A DNA stretch of 59,812 bases, filler included, from Pirum gemmata (lineage: Eukaryota), in the NCBI GenBank assembly GCA_002812295.1. It is 9 parts of 9 records of this genome, joined end to end, with 100 filler letters (N's around TTAATTAATTAA, not from the genome) between each part and the next. Parts side by side here need not be neighbours in the genome. Positions count along the whole stretch, not along the records: positions 47,460 to 53,572 come from PDIN01000337.1; positions 53,673 to 59,812 come from PDIN01000338.1; 7 more parts are not named here. One strand, written 5' to 3'. The position numbers and the translations under genes were made by a program. Under the pieces are notes generated by a model. It had not been told where the DNA came from and made no database searches. It saw nothing but the letters and a program-made list of their open reading frames with translations. This document shows, one piece after another, positions 50,948 to 59,812 of this stretch. Every line of letters starts with the position of its first letter. Position 1 is the stretch's first letter.

Positions 50948-51174
50948 TTTAGACTTTAGACTTTAGACTTTAGACTTTAGACTTTAGACTTTAGACTTTA
51001 GACTTTAGACTTTATTTAGACTTTATTTAGACTTTAGACTTTATTTAGACTTTATTTAGACTTTAGTTAGACTTTATTTAGACTTTATTTAGACTTTAGA
51101 CTTTATTTAGACTTTTTAGACTTTAGACTTTAGACTTTTTAGACTTTTTAGACTTTAGACTTTAGACTTTAGAC
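50948..51174 (+). repeat. (TTTAGAC)n array with 7/9/11-bp unit variants, 27 units
   Basis: Direct count of AGAC cores between two convergent ORFs. Confidence 0.92.
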
Positions 51175-51440
51175 CAATGTCACAGGCAGTACATTGACAT
51201 TTTTTATTAAAATTTGAACAACCAATTGATTTACATGATGGTTTTGTTGGTGCAAGTTTAACTTTATATCTTGTTTCTAGGTAATCTTTATCATATACAC
51301 ATTTTTTACCATCATCACTTAAATTAAAACTTAGCTTACATGATTTACAACTACAATCAGTAAGAACCTTATATTTCTCACAATTATCGAATAGTTTACA
51401 TTTTTTAGTTAATTCCTTGTAATCAACACATTTCCATTCA
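51155..51440 (-). CDS. Cys-rich (furin/EGF-like) ORF fragment
   Basis: CSCKSCKLSFNLSDDGKKCV and CQCTACDIG motifs. The start is unclear and the C-terminus runs into the TTTAGAC array. Confidence 0.5.
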
Positions 51441-51556
51441 TATATATAATATATAATATACATATACAAAATCTTAAATAATAATAGCAAAGTGTTTGAA
51501 TTTACTATCGAGTTTTATTCCCAAGTCCATTCTTTATAATTTACTATTAATTTATA

Positions 51557-51592
<36 letters not shown>

Positions 51593-52014
51593 GTTGTTGT
51601 TGTTGTTATTATAATATAGTTATTATAGTTATAACTGTTATTATTATTATTATTATTATTACCGTTATTAACATTGCTATTATTGTCATTATATTTTTAT
51701 TGTATTTTATTATTACTACTATTGTTATTATTAATATTAAAATATTAAAATATGAATTAATTAATTAATTATAATGTTTATATAGTAATATCAATATTAA
51801 AACCAAATCCACATAACTATTAAAAAAAACCAGGAACTTGTAATAATTATAATTAATTATTATTACAATTACTATTACAGTTGTTATATAATTATTATAA
51901 TTATTACAATTATTATATTCTTATTCTTATTCTTATTCTTATTCTTATTCTTGTTATTATAAAATAAATTAAAATTAAAATTTAAATTTTACATGTGTTT
52001 AATTAATATCCTAG

Positions 52015-53214
52015 GTTTTTGAAAATAAACAACAGCAGCAACAAAACGCGACCCCCGCTTCCTTAATTGTAACGAAAATTTGTCCGAATATCACGTCAAG
52101 TTGCTGTTCTGATGAACATTTACTGGAACTCGAAGACGACTTCAACATCGAACGTTCCCTAATAGTTTTTCGAGAAGTAACCATGGAAGTAAATTCAAAA
52201 GATTTTGTCGAGAAAATGAATAAAGTTTTAACTTCCACCACCAATGCCATTAATTGTTTAGGGTTGGGCGAGGCTCCTCTTTTCAAAAACATTATAGCCA
52301 TGTTGGATGCTTTATTAACGCCTTTCAAATTGTTTGTAAAAAATTATCCAACCTATTATTCTAATTGTGCTACTAGTTCCTTAGAGTATTTAGCGGGTAT
52401 GAGTTGCTTTGCCTGTGATGCTGACGGTAGTAATTACATCAGTGAATCCAATAACATTGGCGTTATTTTAAGTTTAGATACGTGTACTAATTTAGCTCAT
52501 AATTGTGGCCCAGTATGGAATAGTTTGGATGAACTTGCACATGGTGTTATTGACACTTTTAAAAAATTTCAATCCACACTTGCAATACCTGTAGATGGTA
52601 TACAACTACCCAGCAAACTTTCTGATCAAGAATTATGTGATGTAATGCTAAATGGTTATTTTAAAGTTAACATGAATTATTATGATGTCTTTAATATATC
52701 ATTTTTCACTGAAAATTTTAACTTTGATTTAAGTTCATTAGATATGAGCTCGCAAGAATGTGATTCCGTGCGTAATTTTTTGAATGGCAAAGATTTGAGT
52801 GGAATTTCTCAAATTGGTGATTTAAGTCAACTTTTTAATAGAAGACGTTCTTCCAACAACCCATTAGTTACTGAACAACAACAACTTTTACAAAAACATT
52901 TAAGAAAAATACGAGGATTAGCAGAGCAAATGATATTTACATTTTCGGATTTTAATGCAAATGGATTCGGACGTGATTATAATAATAATAATAATAATGA
53001 TAATAATGATAATAATGATACCACAGATAAACGTTTACAACGCCGAGATGTTACTGATTACGCTGCTAATGGTTATAAGGCAATGGAAGTGGGGAGGGAA
53101 AGTGGTTTTGATACGATCGCTAAGTTTGGAAGTGGTGATAATAATTGCAATAAAAGACAAGCAAATAATATGGCAATTTTTGGTTTTGTAATATTGTCTT
53201 TGTTATTTTTTTAA
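52015..53214 (+). CDS. Terminal exon of a Cys-rich secreted/GPI-anchored protein (possibly folate-receptor-like fold)
   Basis: Acceptor CCTAG at 52010-52014, then a frame open 56 codons upstream of the track ATG (ICPNITSSCCSDEH). Cys pattern SCFACD and LDTCTNLAHNC, dibasic sites and a hydrophobic C-terminal tail. Confidence 0.7.
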   Translation, partial: VFENKQQQQQNATPASLIVTKICPNITSSCCSDEHLLELEDDFNIERSLIVFREVTMEVNSKDFVEKMNKVLTSTTNAINCLGLGEAPLFKNIIAMLDALLTPFKLFVKNYPTYYSNCATSSLEYLAGMSCFACDADGSNYISESNNIGVILSLDTCTNLAHNCGPVWNSLDELAHGVIDTFKKFQSTLAIPVDGIQLPSKLSDQELCDVMLNGYFKVNMNYYDVFNISFFTENFNFDLSSLDMSSQECDSVRNFLNGKDLSGISQIGDLSQLFNRRRSSNNPLVTEQQQLLQKHLRKIRGLAEQMIFTFSDFNANGFGRDYNNNNNNDNNDNNDTTDKRLQRRDVTDYAANGYKAMEVGRESGFDTIAKFGSGDNNCNKRQANNMAIFGFVILSLLFF

Positions 53215-53408
53215 CGCACTCATACTATCTTTACATTAATTGTACAACAACAATAATAATAAATATTAACAGTCCTGAACTTCTCGTCTATAATTTGAAA
53301 GTTATATCTAAATGGAATGATTTATTATTATTATTACTCTTATCCTTCTTCTTATCTTTATTATTATTATTATTAACATTATCCTTATTATTATCCTTAT
53401 TATCATCC

Positions 53409-53470
<62 letters not shown>

Positions 53471-53672
53471 GTTATTAACATTGCTATTATTGTCATTATA
53501 TTTTTATTGTATTTTATTATTACTACTATTGTTATTATTAATATTATAAGGAAGTATTATTGTTGTTATTGTNNNNNNNNNNNNNNNNNNNNNNNNNNNN
53601 NNNNNNNNNNNNNNNNTTAATTAATTAANNNNNNNNNNNNNNNNNNNNNNNNNNNNNNNNNNNNNNNNNNNN

Positions 53673-54005
53673 GAAAGTATTATGCATATATATAGATCTA
53701 GATGCATCATGCATCATTCAATGATCATTGTCAATAATAAAACTCCATTTTTTAAAAAATATTTATAATGAGGTATACAGACTTATAATACAGTAATACA
53801 GTTTAATCAATAATCTATGTTAATTAAACAATAATATTTACTGATAATATTTAACTAACTGCTATACTAGCTACTATTAAAAGTGTCATATGATATGGAA
53901 AGTATTATGCATATATATAGATCTAGATGCATCATGCATCATTCAATGATCATTGTCAATAATAAAACTCCATTTTTAAAAAAATATTTATAATGAGGTA
54001 TACAG
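53673..54005 (+). repeat. ~108-bp direct repeat at contig start
   Basis: GAAAGTATTATGCATATATATAGATCTAGATGC...GAGGTATACAG at 53673 and about 53898. Confidence 0.8.
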
Positions 54006-55494
54006 TACATCGAGATGACTTTATACATATAATTAGATCGAAACAAGTCATATGCTGCATATGTATAATGTATTAATATTATTATAATTATAATCTATAG
54101 TTAGTAATTATTATTAGTTCGTTGAAGCTCTCTACTTCTACTGGGTATTTAAAGCTTTAATTAAGTATCGATATATCATATGATAACGTTTTAACGTTAG
54201 TTCGAGCCAACATCTGACCTATTTAATATTAGGATTATATTGCAATCTAGAAGAAGAGTATGTTCTTTAATGTATAATAACTATATTACGGTATTATATT
54301 ATGTTAATTTAAAAAAAATCATTATGATATTAATATCATATTTTGAATTATTAAATAATATAATTATAAGTGTCAGATAATATTCTGTCCGCAAAATACT
54401 GCAAACAGCCATGGATACTAATTAATATTATAAACTATATATAGTCCTATTATTATACATTAAATAAGTGAAAAAGAAAAAACTAAAATAATTAATATAT
54501 TATATTAATAATATTATTAATAATTGATATATATATATTAGAGATTGTGCTCCAAACCCAAACCACTATGTTAGTAACACACTATGATCGATATTAGTAA
54601 CACCTCCAAATAGTTGGAATCTACAATTGATTATTTAAATTTATGTAATAATTATAACAAACAGTATCATATTATGATTGTATAAAAAATATAGAAGAAA
54701 ACCTCAAATTAAAGCAAACACTTTTTTAAAATGATAATTATAATTATAACAACCTCAACAACCTCAACAACGTTAACCTTTGGTGTTTTTATAATTATGT
54801 ATATCAGCTGATACTATCAGATAGTAGTCTATATATTTACTACTAGCTCTATGATAGTCAACTAGTCCTAGCTAGCTAGCTATGATAGTAAATAGTCTTT
54901 ATTGAAATTTTATTTATAATATGTATCATAGTATATCATATTATTTAATGATATATTATTTTTAAATATGATATCACAAATTCACAATAGTGTTTTATTA
55001 TGAATTTATGATATTATCATATATTTTAAATTTTATCTACTAATTATAAGTTATATTTATTTATTTTTTTAAAAAATTTTAAAAATGAGAACTATGACTG
55101 AACACTGACTGAACTATGATATATATATATAGCTAGACTATATTATTATCAGTCTCTAGCTGGTCTACAAATCTACTATATGAGATTATTCCTATCATAG
55201 ATAGCAGATTATTCCAGATACACTGGTAGACTGGGTTAGGGTTAGGGGTGGTGGTGGTGGTGCTGGTGCTGGTGGTAGTGATGTGAAACCTAGCACGGAT
55301 ATCTCATCCCTTTCTTGGAAAATATATAATAATAATAATGCACTATCATTATCATTATTATTATATAAACAATATCATAACAATTTTTATCAAATAATTA
55401 TAATACTATTGTATGATAATATTATCGTATAATGTGTGTTTATAATACTTTTCACAGACTTTATTAAACATCCCACTGTTATGATTATTATTAG

Positions 55495-55558
<64 letters not shown>

Positions 55559-57795
55559 TACTACTACTATCGATACTATATTATATATGATAATCGATAT
55601 ATCATATTATCATATACTACTAGCTAGAGTTGTACTACTGTCGGTGCTTGCATATGTGTGCGTATTACAGCGTGTACGTCGATAATAAAACCTATTAAAA
55701 CTATATATCGATATTGATGTATTATTGAGATTGAGTCTTGGTATCGGTATGGATAAGTTTAACCCTATGTATAGCGCCAACCCTATACACATAATATTAT
55801 ATAGACACCTGGATTTCTTAATTGCGTAGATATATTATATATATCGATATAATTTTATTACAATATTATAATTATATTATATATTTTTTTATAATATAAT
55901 ATGTATGACCAAGGACTTCAAAGTCCTTGGTATATGATATACATATTTGGGTTGCTCCAGGCAAAAGGCCTGGTCAGCTCATAGGGTGTCCCTCCAGTTA
56001 TGCCCAGTAGCGACTGGATCTAGCTAGTCCCCCTTCTTTCGAATTTTATTGTACATATTGGTTGTTAGAAGGTACATTGACGTGATTAAGTCTTGCATTC
56101 ATTATATAATTATAATATAAATGAGTCTACGTAGAAACTGGAGAGATATGGTTAATTAATTAACAACAGTCTACATTCGAACGTTCGAAAAAAAGTGTTA
56201 CTCACTGTGACTCACTGTTGCTCAATGTTTTTTTTCTCCACTGTGCTATTATGGTACACTTATATTATGTCTATATATATAGACGTTAATTTGATTATTT
56301 GCATTCTTAAATAGTATATGCAAATAATCAAATAATTCAAATTAACGTCTATATATAGACGTTAATATAAGTATGTAGACATTGTAGAGTTTATACACCA
56401 GCACTGGAAAAATATTATCAGATATATCAGTTGATATTATCATATTTTTTAAAAAAATATTTTTTTTTTAAAAAAAAATCATATCATGGATGATATTACA
56501 TAGTAGAGCTACGATATGCGTAGCTATACTGTAGCTATGTGTAGCCAGCCTCGTAGGATCTCGTAGGTCTCATGTCTGTGTAGGCTATCATAGACCTATC
56601 GATATATAGCGATATAGTCTATTTTTATTATGATAGACTCTCTAGCTAGCTAGCTAGCTAGCTACCTAGCTAGACCACTAGCTAGTAGCTAGCTAGAGTA
56701 GGTGTTGCAAGTGGTGATATGATAGCAAGTCTTCCTTCTCAGAATCTTAGCAGGAGGTAGATAGCTAGTAGCCTAGTTATGATAGTAGTATCGATAGAGC
56801 GTAGTCTATTATGATAGAGGCTTTACTCCAGTGATCTAGGTCAAAACTTGACTGTTAGAACTCTTTTAGACTAATTAAATTTTATTTATTATATCGATAA
56901 ATAAATCATAATTTAGAGTTTTTGTTGGCAACTTTTTATAAAATTGATTTGGATATTGATGTGTATAATATCAGATTAGTATCATATAGCCTAGCTTAGT
57001 AGCTATTAAAATAGAAGAGTAGTAGTGGAACCTTAGCTCTCATGATATCGTATAAACAGTATGATATACTATTACACTCTAATCAGATAGCTATGATAGG
57101 AAAAAGTGCACCGTTTTGTGTTTATAAATAGACTGTATAGTCTACTATCGATTCGATAGTGAATATCGATAGAAGTCCAGGCACTAAGTCCAGGCAGGTC
57201 TCAGACCCCGACCACAAGCCTATCATACGAGCAGTATACGAGCCCTCATACGAGCCGATACTATCGGTAGAGCTATCATGATACTACTACTACTACTACT
57301 AGCTAGCTTGCTGCCTGCCAATGCCTACCGAGACACTACCGAGATCTACTTTGGCTACTGGCTCTAGCTAGGCTACTGGCTATAGTCTGGCTATCGATAG
57401 TAGAGCTACCATAATATGCCCAGCTGCCCAGCGTCTAAATATGATTACATCAGATTTTTTTTTTTTTCTTGCAATTATTTTTTTTTAACAGCCAAGCCGT
57501 ATAAAGCTGTAGAAATCATTTTTTTTATACTTCTTTTCTTAAAAAAAACCTTTAATGCTAACTAGCCAAATTATTTCGAAAAACTAGTCGTTGGTCCATA
57601 ATAGAGTTTTATTAGTTAGACTATTTCTCAAAAATTGGTAGTACTTTAATTAAAATTGGATAATTTTGATGTTTTTTGGATGCTACATCTATATAGACGG
57701 TATGGTATGATAGTAGTCGCCAAAGCTGCTACCCACTGCTACCCAGCTGGTGTAGCTACCTAGCTAGCGTGTCATTTTCTGAACTATTTTTTCTC

Positions 57796-57836
<41 letters not shown>

Positions 57837-59812
57837 AATATAGCACTTTTCATTTATTTTGTCACTTCGAATATTTATTTGGTTAGTTATAATTTTTTAA
57901 TTGACATTGTTAAATGAATAAATGGATAATAAAATATACCAAATTAAATGAAATNNNNNNNNNNCTTTTCATTTATTTTGTCACTTCGAATATTTATTTG
58001 GTTAGTTATAATTTTTTAATTGACATTGTTAAATGAATAAATGGATAATAAAATATACCAAATTAAATGAAATAATTTGTATTGTATTAATTTGGTACTT
58101 TTTATTGTATATTTTATGATGACAAAACATCTAGCAATATATCAATATATAGACTATACCGTAAAAAACATTCTGTTCGAGTGTAAGTCTCGCTATGGTA
58201 AAAATTTAGCTAAAAATTTCAATCAAGCATGTCCCAGATCTCCTTCTCTTTTTTTCTTACATCATAGTCTAGTCATTTAAAAAAAAAAAAAAAAAAAAAA
58301 ATATCATGGCCATAATATCATACGCGATAATTATTATATTTTTTTATGATATTTATTGTTTATTTCATTATTACAACTGTCCTCTCAAAGATGCTGTTTT
58401 TAAAAGTGTATAATTGAACTTGTTTATTTTAAATACAACATTTTAAGTATAAAATACCAAATTAAGCAAAACATGTCTATTAGTTTAATCATAATAAATA
58501 AATAAATAATAATATTTTGGTATGTTTATTTCAGTTTTTGAACTGGACAACACTATAAGTGACAATTCGTCACTACAACGTCAATAGAATAATGAGGCTA
58601 CTAGTAGCTGTTTAGTTCAAAACACTATTGAAAGGTTTAGTATTATTAGTAACGTCAATAGCACTATGGTATAGGTCAATAGTACGTAATACTCATTGCT
58701 ACTATAGCTACAATATCTAGCTATCGATATCATAGCTAGGTCGGATTGGATTGTGTGAATCCTTGAAATATGAAACCTCAGAGAACTCTGAGGAAACCTC
58801 TTATCTCTACTGTAGCTAGCTAGCTAGCTAGCTAATACTCTCTAACTAACTATCAGATAGCTGTCTAGCTATGACATACTACTAGCTAGTAGCTATTGAT
58901 AGAGTAACTTAGTTAGTAGCTATGATAACTCTATGATAGCTCTAGCTAGAGTAGTAGACTAGTCTAGCTAGCTATCATACTACTCCCTAGCTAGCTAGAC
59001 TACTGCCAGTACTCCTGCCGGTAGTAGCTAGCTAGCGGTAGTTGCTATTATAATAATATGATTTATGATATCTATCGATATTATAAATAGACTACAAGTT
59101 ACCCTACTATGAAAGTAGCTACTAGACCTCTATCACTGATACTACTAGCTAGAGAGCTAGAGATAAGTTACCACTACTAACTAGCTAGCTATCGATAGCT
59201 ATGATAATAGTAGTAGGAGCGTTCAATTAATACGTCACGTCAAAGGGTAGGTAGGTAGGTGGTATTTGACCGGAAATTAACGTCGGGGGATAGGTAGGTA
59301 GGTGTTTGAAGCTGTATTTGACTGGAAATTGGCGTTACGTAGTTAGTTAGCTAGCTAGCTACTAGTAGCTAGCTAGCTAGTACTCTGACAGTACTCTGAC
59401 TCATAGTTCTGACTCTCCGGAGTAATTCCTGAGCAGCACCCAGAGCTACTACTGCTACTAGCTAGTAGCTAGACTAGGCTGCTATCCGATAGCTATTGAA
59501 TACTGATAGTACATATCGTAGAGTTTTTAATAGTCTGTAGTAGCACTGTAGTAGCAGTGTAGTAGCGGACTAGCTAGTAGTAGCTACTAGCTAGCTAGCT
59601 AGTAACGGTATGTAGGAGTTATGTGTGTTTTTTTTTTTTAACATTTTAATTTTAAAAAATATGTACTGTTTAAAAAAATTGTTGAAATCTGTCGTATAAG
59701 AACTCAAAATCTGACGATATCTTAAAATCTTCCAATTTTAATTAATAAAAGTACTACCAAAATTTCAAAATCGTGAACTAAAAAAGTTTATTGTGAACCG
59801 ATTGTACCAGTG

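Noticed and set aside
50163..51174. CRISPR-like array
   Set aside because: Repeats are directly tandem with no unique spacers, there are no cas genes, and the context is eukaryotic.
57841..58130. Tandem MITE A pair as a real duplication
   Set aside because: Identical sequence on both sides of a 10-N gap indicates an unmerged contig overlap.

Overview
AT-rich eukaryotic genomic DNA with the standard genetic code, GT-AG introns and TTAGGG telomere-type repeats. It is probably a unicellular opisthokont or other protist, but the lineage cannot be fixed from the sequence. The window is not one locus: nine contigs (mostly about 6 kb, one about 10 kb) are joined by artificial 100-nt spacers (N44-TTAATTAATTAA-N44). 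Host-type genes are a 3-exon DH-PH RhoGEF, a temptin-like surface protein, an SLC1/DAACS transporter with neutral-substrate residues, a Cys-rich surface protein, exon 1 of a probable class II HMG-CoA reductase, and a spliced LRR gene. The last two are absent from the ORF track. Mobile DNA includes an intact DD34E IS630/Tc1/mariner transposase paired with a convergent Zn-finger/polyQ ORF, plus at least six MITE-like families. The two strongest unexplained signals are (1) intergenic DNA saturated with what look like stacked DNA-transposon excision footprints (TA-TGA-TA, TA-GC-TA, TA-GAC-TA and others), supported by comparing repeat copies, and (2) a 4-kb intronless, MITE-free and scar-free island (47.5-51.5 kb) of virus-like genes sharing a repeated AG(G)A-tract leader. 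Domain calls are by eye, not from database searches.
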